Made by a program: the position numbers and the translations under genes. A stretch of DNA of 64,000 nucleotides from Macrostomum lignano (lineage: Eukaryota). A model generated the notes under the pieces. It saw only the letters and a program-made list of their open reading frames with translations. It did not search any database and was not told where the DNA came from. Positions 35,772 to 49,480 of this stretch are shown one piece after another. Position 1 is the stretch's first letter; the number at the start of each line of letters is the position of its first letter. The DNA lies in the NCBI GenBank assembly GCA_002269645.1, contig NIVC01002842.1, positions 1 through 64,000 on the forward strand, written 5' to 3'.

Positions 35772-38700
35772 GCAATTATTGGGACACGACAGTGTTGTTG
35801 GCCACTGTGTGTGTGTCTAGTTTTTTCAGCATTTGTTAAGTCACCTAAGAACTCAATTAATAAAGGGCTCCAGAACAAATTGATGGGCAAACGGATGACA
35901 CACTGCACAGAGACTTGTTGGGACATATTAAAAACAGCTTATTTTAGAATGGGTACACTTTACTAAAGTAGAATGCTCCTACAGAAAGCTGCAAGCAAAC
36001 TAGCATCTTCTGGAGCTGACATGCAGAGAAGAATGATTTTGTCGTCCTTGAAATCACTAAACAGATATGCGAAATCGATCTTTTGCTAATCCCACCACAG
36101 GTTCCAGTGAAAAGAAGAAACGAAACCCATTGACTAAATTGGCAGTCGACTCAATCGATGCCGACTGCAACGGACCTGTCAGCTTCGAACTCAGGAGAGC
36201 AGCTAATAGTCTACGAGAGTAATGCTAGATGCCAGAATGCTTCACAGCATCAAAGTCTTAAGCAGAAGCTTCAATGAAAGGTTAGTTCATGCTGTGGCTG
36301 CATTCGTTTTCGTGTCTAGAAGCGTTATAACTTTTTGTACTTTTAACTCTCAGATCGGGTCTTAGCAGATTCTATAGCTATGCATGCAAGGGCCCCTCAG
36401 AGGAGATTCTTAAACACTGCAGTGCATTTTTCCTAGCAATTATTGGGACACGAAGTGTTGGGCCACTGTGTGTGTGTCTAGTTTTTTCAGCATTTGTTAA
36501 GTCACCTAAAGAACTCAATTAATAAAGGGCTCCAGAACAAATTGATGGGCAAACGGATGACACACTGCACAGAGACTTGTTGGGACATATTAAAAACAGC
36601 TTATTTTAGAATGGGTACACTTTACTAAAGTAGAATGCTCCTACAGAAAGCTGCAAGCAAACTAGCATCTTCTGGAGCTGACATGCAGAGAAGAATGATT
36701 TTGTCGTCCTTGAAATCACTAAACAGATATGCGAAATCGATCTTTTGCTAATCCCACCACAGGTTCCAGTGAAAAGAAGAAGCGAAACCCATTGACTAAA
36801 TTGGCAGTCGACTCAATCGATGCCGCTGCAACGGACCTGTCAGCTTCGAACTCAGGAGAGCAGCTAATAGTCTACGAGAGTAATGCTAGATGCCAGAATG
36901 CTTCACAGCATCAAAGTCTTTAAAGCAGAAGCTTCAATGAAAGGTTAGTTCATGCTGTGGCTGCATTCGTTTTCGTGTTTAGAAGCGTTATAACTTTTGT
37001 ACTTTTAACTCTCAGATCGGGTCTTAGCAGATTCTATAGCTATGCATGCAAGGGCCCCTCAGAGGAGATGCTTAAACACTGCAGTGCATTTTTCCTAGCA
37101 ATTATTGGGACACGAAGTGTTGGGCCACTGTGTGTGTGTCTAGTTTTTCAGCATTTGTTAAGTCACCTAAAGAACTCAATTAATAAAGGGCTCCAGAACA
37201 AATTGATGGGCAAACGGATGACACACTGCACAGAGACTTGTTGGGACATATTAAAAACAGCTTATTTTAGAATGGGTACACTTTACTAAAGTAGAATGCT
37301 CCTACAGAAAGCTGCAAGCAAACTAGCATCTTCTGGAGCTGACATGCAGAGAAGAATGATTTTGTCGTCCTTGAAATCACTAAACAGATATGCGAAATCG
37401 ATCTTTTGCTAATCCCACCACAGGTTCCAGTGAAAAGAAGAAGCGAAACCCATTGACTAAATTGGCAGTCGACTCAATCGATGCCGCTGCAACGGACCTG
37501 TCAGCTTCGAACTCAGGAGAGCAGCTAATAGTCTACGAGAGTAATGCTAGATGCCAGAATGCTTCACAGCATCAAAGTCTTTAAAGCAGAAGCTTCAATG
37601 AAAGGTTAGTTCATGCTGTGGCTGCATTCGTTTTCGTGTTTAGAAGCGTTATAACTTTTTGTACTTTTAACTCTCAGATCGGGTCTTAGCAGATTCTATA
37701 GCTATGCATGCAAGGGCCCCTCAGAGGAGATGCTTAAACACTGCAGTGCATTTTTCCTAGCAATTATTGGGACACGAAGTGTTGGGCCACTGTGTGTGTG
37801 TCTAGTTTTTTCAGCATTTGTTAAGTCACCTAAAGAACTCAATTAATAAAGGGCTCCAGAACAAATTGATGGGCAAACGGATGACACACTGCACAGAGAC
37901 TTGTTGGGACATATTAAAAACAGCTTATTTTAGAATGGGTACACTTTACTAAAGTAGAATGCTCCTACAGAAAGCTGCAAGCAAACTAGCATCTTCTGGA
38001 GCTGACATGCAGAGAAGAATGATTTTGTCGTCCTTGAAATCACTAAATAGATATGCGAAATCGATCTTTTGCTAATCCCACCACAGGTTCCAGTGAAAAG
38101 AAGAAGCGAAACCCATTGACTAAATTGGCAGTCGACTCAATCGATGCCGACTGCAACGGACCTGTCAGCTTCGAACTCAGGAGAGCAGCTAATAGTCTAC
38201 GAGAGTAATGCTAGATGCCAGAATGCTTCACAGCATCAAAGTCTTAAGCAGAAGCTTCAATGAAAGGTTAGTTCATGCTGTGGCTGCATTCGTTTTCGTG
38301 TCTAGAAGCGTTATAACTTTTTGTACTTTTAACTCTCAGATCGGGTCTTAGCAGATTCTATAGCTATGCATGCAAGGGCCCCTCAGAGGAGATGCTTAAA
38401 CACTGCAGTGCATTTTTCCTAGCAATTATTGGGACACGAAGTGTTGGGCCACTGTGTGTGTGTCTAGTTTTTTCAGCATTTGTTAAGTCACCTAAATAAC
38501 TCAATTAATAAAGGGCTCCAGAACAAATTGATGGGCAAACGGATGACACACTGCACAGAGACTTGTTGGGACATATTAAAAACAGCTTATTTTAGAATGG
38601 GTACACTTTACTAAAGTAGAATGCTCCTACAGAAAGCTGCAAGCAAACTAGCATCTTCTGGAGCTGACATGCAGAGAATGATTTTGTCGTCCTTGAAATC

Positions 38701-40178
38701 ACTAAACAGTTATGCGAAATCGATCTTTTGCTAATCCCACCACAGGTTCCAGTGAAAAGAAGAAACGAAACCCATTGACTAAATTGGCAGTCGACTCAAT
38801 CGATGCCGACTGCAACGGACCTGTCAGCTTCGAACTCAGGAGAGCAGCTAATAGTCTACGAGAGTAATGCTAGATGCCAGAATGCTTCACAGCATCAAAG
38901 TCTTTAAAGCAGAAGCTTCAATGAAAGGTTAGTTCATGCTGTGGCTGCATTCGTTTTCGTGTCTAGAAGCGTTATAACTTTTTGTACTTTTAACTCTCAG
39001 ATCGGGTCTTAGCAGATTCTATAGCTATGCATGCAAGGGCCCCTCAGAGGAGATGCTTAAACACTGCAGTGCATTTTTCCTAGCAATTATTGGGACACGA
39101 AGTGTTGGGCCACTGTGTGTGTGTCTAGTTTTTTCAGCATTTGTTAAGTCACCTAAAGAACTCAATTAATAAAGGGCTCCAGAACAAATTGATGGGCAAA
39201 CGGATGACACACTGCACAGAGACTTGTTGGGACATATTAAAAACAGCTTATTTTAGAATGGGTACACTTTACTAAAGTAGAATGCTCCTACAGAAAGCTG
39301 CAAGCAAACTAGCATCTTCTGGAGCTGACATGCAGAGAAGAATGATTTTGTCGTCCTTGAAATCACTAAACAGATATGCGAAATCGATCTTTTGCTAATC
39401 CCACCACAGGTTCCAGTGAAAAGAAGAAACGAAACCCATTGACTAAATTGGCAGTCGACTCAATCGATGCCGACTGCAACGGACCTGTCAGCTTCGAACT
39501 CAGGAGAGCAGCTAATAGTCTACGAGAGTAATGCTAGATGCCAGAATGCTTCACAGCATCAAAGTCTTTAAAGCAGAAGCTTCAATGAAAGGTTAGTTCA
39601 TGCTGTGGCTGCATTCGTTTTCGTGTCTAGAAGCGTTATAACTTTTTGTACTTTTAACTCTCAGATCGGGTCTTAGCAGATTCTATAGCTATGCATGCAA
39701 GGGCCCCTCAGAGGAGATGCTTAAACACTGCAGTGCATTTTTCCTAGCAATTATTGGGACACGAAGTGTTGGGCCACTGTGTGTGTGTCTAGTTTTTTCA
39801 GCATTTGTTAAGTCACCTAAAGAACTCAATTAATAAAGGGCTCCAGAACAAATTGATGGGCAAACGGATGACACACTGCACAGAGACTTGTTGGGACATA
39901 TTAAAAACAGCTTATTTTAGAATGGGTACACTTTACTAAAGTAGAATGCTCCTACAGAAAGCTGCAAGCAAACTAGCATCTTCTGGAGCTGACATGCAGA
40001 GAAGAATGATTTTGTCGTCCTTGAAATCACTAAACAGATATGCGAAATCGATCTTTTGCTAATCCCACCACAGGTTCCAGTGAAAAGAAGAAACGAAACC
40101 CATTGACTAAATTGGCAGTCGACTCAATCGATGCCGCTGCAACGGACCTGTCAGCTTCGAACTCAGGAGAGCAGCTAA
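35772..40178 (+). repeat. ~661-bp tandem array (about 6.7 copies visible), AT-rich, without a long ORF
   Basis: The same shadow ORF occurs at 36729 and 37390 (period 661). GCAATTATTGGGACACG recurs at 35772, 36436, 37098 and onward. A diverged tail extends to about 40220. Confidence 0.95.
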
Positions 40179-41512
40179 TTTATAATCTGCAAGTGTAATG
40201 CTGGATGCCAGAGTGCTCTAAATAACGAGACTCCTGTTTTCTCACTCGACCGGAATTTGTTGTTTAATCTGCTTAACTAATCTCTGCGTTTCAGTTTTTT
40301 AGTTTCACTGTCAATTTAGGTTTTTTCCTAAGCGCAAGTGTAATTGAATTTTTTATTCATATTAGTCAGGCATATTGCGTACAGCATTATAGCGTATTAG
40401 TAAAGGTAAAGGTAAATAGACTGCTTGTAACTAGTTTTTCCTTCATGTGGATTGGCTTCAACGAAGACTTGTATTTCAAGTAATGCTGAATTCGCTGGAC
40501 TGAGGACAATATAGTTACACGATGATATGCTATTCCTTCACTTTCAATAGATCATACTATTAGTATGGGACGTGCTTTTTTATTTCAATGTATGCTTTTT
40601 TTCATCATTTAAATACTAAAAATACTTAATAGGTCATTGCACTGTGTGTATGTGTGTGTTTTCGTGTGTCAAAAAAAATTGCAAAATAAGTGCCCACCAT
40701 TGTATACCGTACCAAAAAGTGCCCGGTGCGTGATTGTGTGTGTGTGTGTGTTTGTCAGGGCTCAAAATTTTATCGCAGGCTCACACTGGGAGGCTCGCGG
40801 CCCCCGCGCTGGGTTGCAGAATTTGAGGAGGCAGGAGAACTCGAAACCAGCATCCCTTCGATACCGAAGCTGTAGCACTTAACTATACTACATGTATATA
40901 TCATCTCCATGAAATATGGCCTATATATTGCTACCCAGCAGCTATAATAGGGGATCCGGCCCTCCCCTCTCAACCCCTTCTCTTTCTCGAATTTTAAATC
41001 GAAGGGACATCTGGGCTGTGCGAGAGAGCGCTGTCTGAGTGAGGGCTTGAGAATGAGCAGGCTGGTAGAACTAGGGGGGGGGGGGGCAATGGAGGCACGC
41101 GCGAGAACTGCCAGTATAATATATATATATACATATACGTATAAAAAATCAAAACGATCCCCCCTCCATGGCACAAATAATATGACACACTTTGCTTTTA
41201 TTCCCGCATCCCATCTGCAAAATTGATGAAGGAAGAAAAGAAAGAATTAGAGATATAAAAAGCTATATAAGCATGCCGAATAAAAACCTCTTCCTGCCCT
41301 CCTTTATTTCTGATGACTGTTTTTTATCCACACAGTTTAGAGGATAAAAAAACTACTCAACGAAATCCCCCTTTTGAGCCTGGGTTGGAGTTGGACTTGC
41401 GGCAATTTAATCATTTTCTTTCAGAGCCTCAGAGGATAACGGCTGGTCACGTGACATGAATGTTGCATTGGATAAACATGACAGCTCACCTGTGGCATTG
41501 TTTATCAATTAT

Positions 41513-41786
<274 letters not shown>

Positions 41787-42353
41787 ACCAGCCTTCAAGC
41801 CGGAAACCCCAAACCGCAGTCTCAGTCCCAAAAAACTCCCTTCTCACATGCAGAAGCGGCACCCCATGCCGGAAATGCCAGCTCCGCATCCGCATTCGCT
41901 GCTCGTGCCGCAGTCGTAAAAAATCCCAGTAAAGAAACTGTCGCCTAAAAGAAGTATCGAAAGCATTAATTGGGACAGGTTTTTACAACCTGACTAGTCC
42001 TGACCAATGGTTTACCTAACCCTCCTCGTCAAACGGCAAACAAAACAGGTTTAGAAGCCGATGTATTTCGACTGCCATACAGAACAGTTTCGATACAAGT
42101 TCAGTTTTCAACCCTTCGTGGCTGCAGTCGTTTTTTTACTTCAAAGCTAAACTTTCAACTGAAATCACAATTTATGATTATGACATCAATTTTTGCGCTG
42201 AAATTGTAACGAAACAATCTTCGGAATGCCGGACAGAATTTACAGTGGATGCGCTCACTGTCTGCAGAATCGGATTTCTTACTTTGGGCAGCTTCACTAA
42301 CAGCCATTCACAATCCAATTAATAGAACGTGGGAATGGGAGAAGGCCCTAATC

Positions 42354-42918
42354 TTCACAATATCCGAACCATTCACAATATCCGAACCATTTACAAAATC
42401 CGAACCATTTACAAAATCCGAACCATTCACAATATCCGAACCATTCACAATATCCGAACCATTCACAATATCCGAACCATTCACAATATCCGAACCATTC
42501 ACAATATCCGAACCATTTACAAAATCCGAACCATTTACAAAATCCGAACCATTCACAATATCCGAACCATTCACAATATCCGAGCCTTCACAATATCCGA
42601 ACCATTCACAATATCCGAGCCTTCACAATATCCGAACCATTCACAATATCCGAACCATTTACAAAATCCAAACTATTCACAATATCCGAACCATTCACAA
42701 TATCCGAGCCTTCACAATATCCGAACCATTCACAATATCCGAGCCTTCACAATATCCGAACCATTCACAATATCCGAACCATTCACAATATCCGAACCAT
42801 TCACAATATCCGAACCCTTCACAATATCCGAACCATTCACAATATCCGAACTATTCACAATATCCGAACCATTCACAATATCCGAACCATTCACAATATC
42901 CGAACCATTCACAATATC
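42354..42918 (+). repeat. 18-bp minisatellite (TTCACAATATCCGAACCA)n with 17-bp variants
   Basis: About 31 units; 6-aa shadow period (TISEPF). Confidence 0.94.
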
Positions 42919-44721
42919 ATAGCCTTAACAATATCCGTCCGTACCTTCGCAGCATCCGCAATACATATTTCAATAACCAGCCAATATTTTGAGCAAAGCA
43001 TGCCTATATGAACATGAATTCCATCGGTTGGCAACAAAGTTTCTAATATCTCAATGCTTTTAAGCAGTTTTTTCATGTTTAAGGCGTAGGTCAATGCAAT
43101 ACAATGGTAAACCGCCTCAACCGATTAAGGCAGCCACGTGTCCGTTGAAATTTCTCGGTTGCAGCTCTGAGGGACAAATGACGGCTCCGAGGGCACGCGC
43201 CACTCGCTAAAAAGACAGACAGACAGACGGACAGGGCCCGGCAGATGGTCAGTGAAGATTTTCAAGTCCAGGGAAATAATGGATTTGAACTTGCGCAGGG
43301 AATTCCGCCACTTTCTACGAGCTGCATGACTGCCCGGCACCCTCGCTCCGTTACTCCAGCTCGAGACTCCGAGAAGCGTTCTCAAACCCATCCCCGTGTC
43401 CGCGCTCCGAGCTCCCACCGAGCTGGGCGGGAGACGAGGCCGATTACGCAATCTGTCAAGCATTTCCCCCGGCCCCACCCACCAAGACTGCGGCGGACTG
43501 CAATCATGGCGCACCCCCCAGATGGCCAGGCTCATAACTATTGCACAGTATAGGAATTCATATAAAGCTACATGAATCGGTGAGTGCATTCCTTGATTCG
43601 GTGCCTATCTATAAATCTATATCTATCTGCTAAACAGCCTGCAGACTCAATAAATAATGACTCCTGGGAATCTCATTTAGATCTAGATGTAGACATTTAT
43701 TTCAATATCAGAATTTCCAAGTCTCCGAAGATAGTTGGTTATACATGTACAATGAGTAAGACGCGACACACGTGGACAAATTCCCATAGAGCTCGGTCTC
43801 ACAGTTCTCATTCCATAGGCTGCTTGCGGGCTTATGATAAAGGCAAACATAAGAGCAGACAGACAGACAAGTCAATTTTGTCCCAATGCCGTATGACTAT
43901 GGCGGCAAGACTGACAGGGGAATAAGTTTGAGTTGAGATGCTGGCCTCATGCATCCCAGCTGTGCGGGTTGTGTTTCCGTAAAGCAAACAGCTACAGCCC
44001 CCGTGTCAATGCTGGGCTCATCATGTGAGGCTTTTGAGCATTCAGCCGCGACCTCTGTTTGATCCCGTTTATTTAGGGCTGTCACCAAACCCCAAGGCAC
44101 AGTGAGTGTAAGCAGGAGTCAGCGGATGTCCTGAATCTCAACACTTGCAGTCGAGATTTACAAAGAATGATTCGTTGCTCAAATTCTAAATAAGCCAATT
44201 ATTTAAAAGCGGAAAGATACCCGGAAATTGTTGAACAAGCAAGCTCAGGAAACACCACCAAGAATGCCTGAATAATATAACCGGTTTAATTCCTTGTCAC
44301 GAAAGGCCAATGGCAGAAATTAATTAAAGGAAAAGAATTTTGCTTGCACGAAAGAAATTGTATCGAAATTGGTCCCCGCTACAGCCTGCCGCCACGCGTG
44401 CGGACCCATTGGGAATCTGGAATTTCTCATTGGAGCGAATCGACTAAAAAATCTGCAATCTCAAATGCCTTCACTGGGGGCAGCGAGCTCGGAAGGGGAA
44501 GGAATCTCAACTCAACGCAACTGCAGAAGTGGCCTTGGAACAGAATAATAGAAGAATGGAAAGAGGCTTGCGACACGCGCCATTCGCAAGCACAAGAGGC
44601 ACTGAATTCAATGCCCATTTTAATAAAGCAAAGCCAAGGAGAACTAGAAGGAGAATCTGGAGCATAAAAACAGGTAAACAGAGCTGGGCAAAAACAGGTT
44701 TTAGTGCCCAGATTACTACAA

Positions 44722-45512
44722 ATTCCCGAGGGTTAAGACCCAAAGAGAGAGGAGCGGATTCCGGGGGTGAAGATCAAAGAGGGGGGCGGATTCCGGGGTG
44801 AAGATCAAAGAGAGGAGCGGATTCCGGGGGTGAAGATCAAAGAGGGGGGCGGATTCCGGGGATGAAGATCAAAGAGGGGGGCGGATTCCGGGGGTGAAGA
44901 TCAAAGAGAGGAGCGGATTCCGGGGGTGAAGATGTCATGATGGCTAATTATGTGGAGCACAATGTTATTTAGTTGTCAGTCAATGAGAGTTTAGGGGCAT
45001 GGTCGTGCTTGCGGCCAAGCCAAATCGAGCGCTTGTATTTTGGAACTGAAAGAAGGCATACACACTGAAAGATGGTATTGATATACTCGCTTACAACTCG
45101 AAGGATTAACAAAGTTTGGACATAGACATAGTTTAAGCACATACGTATTGGCTGCATTAACGGATCATAAGGCATAACAGAAGATCAAAGAGAGGAGCGG
45201 ATTCCGGGGGTGAAGATCAAAGAGGGGGGCGGATTCCGGGGGTGAAGATCAAAGAGGGGGGTGGATTCCGGGGGTGAAGATCAAAGAGGGGGCGGATTCC
45301 GGGGGTGAAGATCAAAGAGAGGAGCGGATTCCGAGGGTGAAGATCAAAGAGGGGGGCGGATTCCGGGGGTGAAGATCAAAGAGAGGAGCGGATTCCGGGG
45401 GTGAAGATCAAAGAGGGGGGCGGATTCCAGGGTGAAGACCCAAGAGGGGGCGGATTCCTGGGGTGAAGACCCAAGAGGGGGCAGATTCCGGGGGTGAAGA
45501 CCCAAGAGGGGG
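44722..45512 (+). repeat. ~31-32-bp minisatellite (GAAGATCAAAGAGAGGAGCGGATTCCGGGGGT)n, interrupted by a 246-bp insert at 44934-45179
   Basis: The same unit lies on both sides of a non-repetitive insert, and GAAGAT is duplicated at the insert borders. Confidence 0.9.
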
Positions 45513-46010
45513 CAAAGCAGAAATCTGTGTGGGGGTTGAGCCACTCCAGACTCTAGTTTTTAGCTCTCTTTGAAGCAGAAGCCCAAAAGCGGGGAAGGGT
45601 GGAACAAAGACTTTGCCTGGCTCCTTCAATCCTATACATCAGGGGAAAAAATCGGGCAACTCTGAACTCATTAAATTTCTCAAGCGGAACAACAGACAGG
45701 GCTGTATGGCTGGCTGGCTGTATAGGAAATGGCGAACAACCCCGATTTGAATAATTCATGAGAGCTGGGGGGCCCGGCCCCGAATTGAATCCTGATCGAT
45801 TCCCAGTTTCATTGAGTGATTTATTAGCATTGAATACTGCTAGGGCTGAGCCTGCCAGTGTAGGAAATACAATACAGGGCAGGGCAGTTCCGCTGACCGG
45901 AGCAGTGCGGGCTTGCAGACTGTTTACTTAGAAACACCTGTATAGATGTTCAGGTAAATTCGTTGCATTTTGCATAGGCGAAGGAACTGGGGTTGGCGGC
46001 GTCCGCCAGA

Positions 46011-47060
46011 GTGGGAAAGGCGATTCTCTTGTGGGATGTGGAAGGGCGATGATTGTCTTGTGGGATGTGGAAGGGCGATTGATTGTCTTGTGGGATGTGG
46101 AAGGGCGATTGATTGTCTTGTGGGATGTGGAAGGGCGATAGTTTGTCTTGTGGGATGTGGAAGGGCGATAGTTTGTCTTGTGGGATGTGGAAGGGCGATG
46201 ATTGTCTTGTGGGATGTGGAAGGGCGATTGATTCTCTTGTGGGATGTGGAAGGGCGATTGATTGTCTTGTGGGATGTGGAAGGGCGATGATTGTCTTGTG
46301 GGATGTGGAAGGGCGATATTTTGTCTTGTGGGATGTGGAAGGGCGATAGTTTGTCTTGTGGGATGTGGAAGGGCGATTGATTGTCTTGTGGGATGTGGAA
46401 GGGCGATATTTTGTCTTGTGGGATGTGGAAGGGCGATATTTTGTCTTGTGGGATGTGGAAGGGCGATTGTTTGTCTTGTGGGATGTGGAAGGGCGATTGT
46501 TTGTCTTGTGGGATGAGGAAGGGCGATTGATTCTCTTGTGGGATGTGGAAGGGCGATTGATTGTCTTGTGGGATGTGGAAGGGCGATTGATTGTCTTGTG
46601 GGATGTGGAAGGGCGATTGATTGTCTTGTGAGATATGGAAGGGCGATTGTCTTGTGGGATGTGGAAGGGCGATTGATTCTCTTGTGGGATGTGGAAGGGC
46701 GATTGATTGTCTTGTGGGATGAGGAAGGGCGATTCTCTTGTGGGATGTGGAAGGGCGATTGATTGTCTTGTGGGATGTGGAAGGGCGATTGATTGTCTTG
46801 TGGGATGTGGAAGGGCGATTGATTGTCTTGTGAGATATGGAAGGGCGATTGTCTTGTGGGATGTGGAAGGGCGATTTATTCTCTTGTGGGATGTGGAAGG
46901 GCGATTGTCTTGTGGGATGTGGAAGGGCGATTGATTGTCTTGTGAGATATGGAAGGGCGATTGTCTTGTGGGATGTGGAAGGGCGATTGATTCTCTTGTG
47001 GGATGTGGAAGGGCGATTGTCTTGTGGGATGTGGAAGGGCGATTCTCTTGTGGGATGTGG
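46011..47060 (+). repeat. 30-bp minisatellite (TGGGATGTGGAAGGGCGATTGATTGTCTTG)n with 26-bp variants
   Basis: About 36 units. Confidence 0.94.
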
Positions 47061-48319
47061 ACGATAATCTGTCTGATAAAGTGCTATCACCCAAACCACA
47101 CAGTAAGCATAGTCTGTACTAAAAAACGTTAAAAGCTGTCGAACTGAATTAAATAAAGTTCAACTGTTTGAAATGCACATTTCATACTACTGCATAAAAG
47201 TGAAGTAGTAAAGGTAGAATCGTTATAAGCAGAATAGATAAAACAGAATGACACAAATTTGCCGTTGAACACGAGCCTTACCTGGCTTCAGCAGAGTAGA
47301 TTAAAACTACTGGGGCTGTTAGCGATGAGCTCAAAAGTGCAAGTAGATTGAGTCAAGCTTCTAAGAAGATAAACTGTAATTAATAATTCAGATAGCAGCT
47401 TATAGTCAGTTTGTACGGGTGGAAAAATTAAGACAGCCATGCTGACCGCAAAGGTCTATAATTAAAAAGATATTTCTATGTTAAGGGCCTTTCAAACATT
47501 TTTACACGATGTCACATAATAATGCAGAATATGGGGATTGACAATGGTATATCCTTGGCAAAACATGAGGTAGGCTTCCTAGGTCTCAGGTCTGGATAAA
47601 TATGAGCTAGAGACATACCCAAATGCATCATGCTACTCGAATAACAGTAGTATAAAAAACTTTCTTGCAAATATCTAATTTACACATCACAATAATATAC
47701 TTTATTTTTATTAGATACCAGACTATAATTTTACAAAAAACTAATTACTACTTAAAATAGCCATCCAGTGAGTAGTATATACTTGACTACAACTAGGATA
47801 CTACCACATAAAGATAAAGTACATGGAATAGTTGCATCTTTCATAATAAATGCTCGATTTTTGCTCCTGATATAATAGTTAATATATGTGGGGGACTCTA
47901 CTGATGAGTACTATCTAAAGAAATATTCAAACTTTCAGTTTTACAATGCCTAAACTGCTGTTAAACACAGCACTTGATCAGAGCCAGTTGAAGGTACCTT
48001 GGTAGTTTTTTCGGTACTCTTATAGGTCCCTTAATAAATACTAAAATTAATAATTGGCAACCCTTAACAGAGCCTGGCATACTCGTACCATCGAAACTTG
48101 CTTATTGACCAGCTCCCAGTAGGCTGCCCCATGAGCATGTTCAGAGCAGCGAAGACTAATGGCTGCATCTTCATCTGGTACAACTCAAAGAAGAGCAGCT
48201 GGAGCTTGCACAAGCTTCTGCCAAACCTGAATTGGCCTGAGAAGCACAGTAAACTCACCTTTGTCAGCGAGGGCAAATTTCAAAAAGCCAGCAGGACCAA
48301 GTAACAGATTTGGCCATTC

Positions 48320-49480
48320 AAAGGAAGAAAAGTCTCTTTCTGCAAGCAGACTAAATGCCTAGGGATTATCCTAGACCACAGGTTGAACTGGTCACCCCAC
48401 GTACAAGCAAAAGCCAAGATGGCCATTGCAATCAGCTGCACAAGGTCATTGAACACCACCTGGGGGCTCACCCCAAGTGCCTCTGGTAGATCTACACTGC
48501 AATGGTCAGGCCTACATGCTCAGATGGCAGCCTGATCTGGGCTAGTGCTCTGCAGATGAAGACCTGCCTAGAGACTCTCGGGAGAATGCAAGGGCGCACA
48601 TGCTGCATGATCTGGGCTAGTGCTCTGCAGATGAAGACCTGCCTAGAGACTATCAGGAGACTGCAAGGGCGTACATGCTGCCTGATCTGGGCTAGTGCTC
48701 TGCAGATGAAGACCTGCCTAGAGACTCTCAGGAGAATGCAAGGGCGCACATGCTGCATGATCTGGGCTAGTGCTCTGCAGATGAAGACCTGCCTAGAGAC
48801 TCTCAGGAGACTGCAAGGGCGTACATGCTGCCTGATCTGGGCTAGTGCTCTGCAGATGAAGACCTGCCTAGAGACTCTCGGGAGAATGCAAGGGCGCACA
48901 TGCTGCCTGATCTGGGCTAGTGCTCTGCAGATGAAGACCTGCCTAGAGACTCTCAGGAGACTGCAAGGGCGCACATGCTGCATGATCTGGGCTAGTGCTC
49001 TGCAGATGAAGACCTGCCTAGAGACTCTCAGGAGACTGCCAGGGCGCACATGCTGCCTGATCTGGGCTAGTGCTCTGCAGATGAAGACCTGCCTAGAGAC
49101 TCTCAGGAGAATGCAAGGGCGCACATGCTGCATGATCTGGGCTAGTGCTCTGCAGATGAAGACCTGCCTAGAGACTCTCAGGAGAATGCAAGGGCGCACA
49201 TGCTGCATGATCTGGGCTAGTGCTCTGCAGATGAAGACCTGCCTAGAGACTCTCAGGAGACTGCAAGGGCGCACATGCTGCCTGATCTGGGCTAGTGCTC
49301 TGCAGATGAAGACCTGCCTAGAGACTCTCAGCAGAATGCAAGGGCGCACATGCTGCATGATCTTGGGTGCCCCCCCCCTATCTGCTCCATATGATGACCT
49401 CAATGCCTTCTTTAACATTCCCCCGCTGGACATCTTTGTCCACAGGGAAGCTGGCAAGACTGCCTGTCATTTTATTGATG
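48320..49480 (+). mobile_element. Degenerate non-LTR retrotransposon ORF2 fragment (region C-terminal to the RT core; resembles LOA/R1/I-type elements)
   Basis: GRKVSFCKQTKCLGIILDHRLNWSPHVQAKAK...TTWGLTP, MVRPTCSDGSLIWASAL...ILGAPPLSAPYDDLNAFFNIPPLDIFVHREAGKTA. This matches the typical LINE pattern YLGV.LD..LNW..H..., WGL, VRP...YGS.VW, GA..S.P...L......PPLD. Confidence 0.78.
48535..49359 (+). repeat. 75-bp (25-aa) unit x 11 amplified inside the LINE fragment
   Basis: IWASALQMKTCLETLRRMQGRTCC[M/L] repeated 11 times in ORF 48502-49659. Confidence 0.95.

Noticed and set aside
43125-44740. ORFs 43125-43589, 43245-43553 and 44344-44667 as genes or TE proteins
   Set aside because: No recognisable motif; probably decayed repeat-derived sequence.
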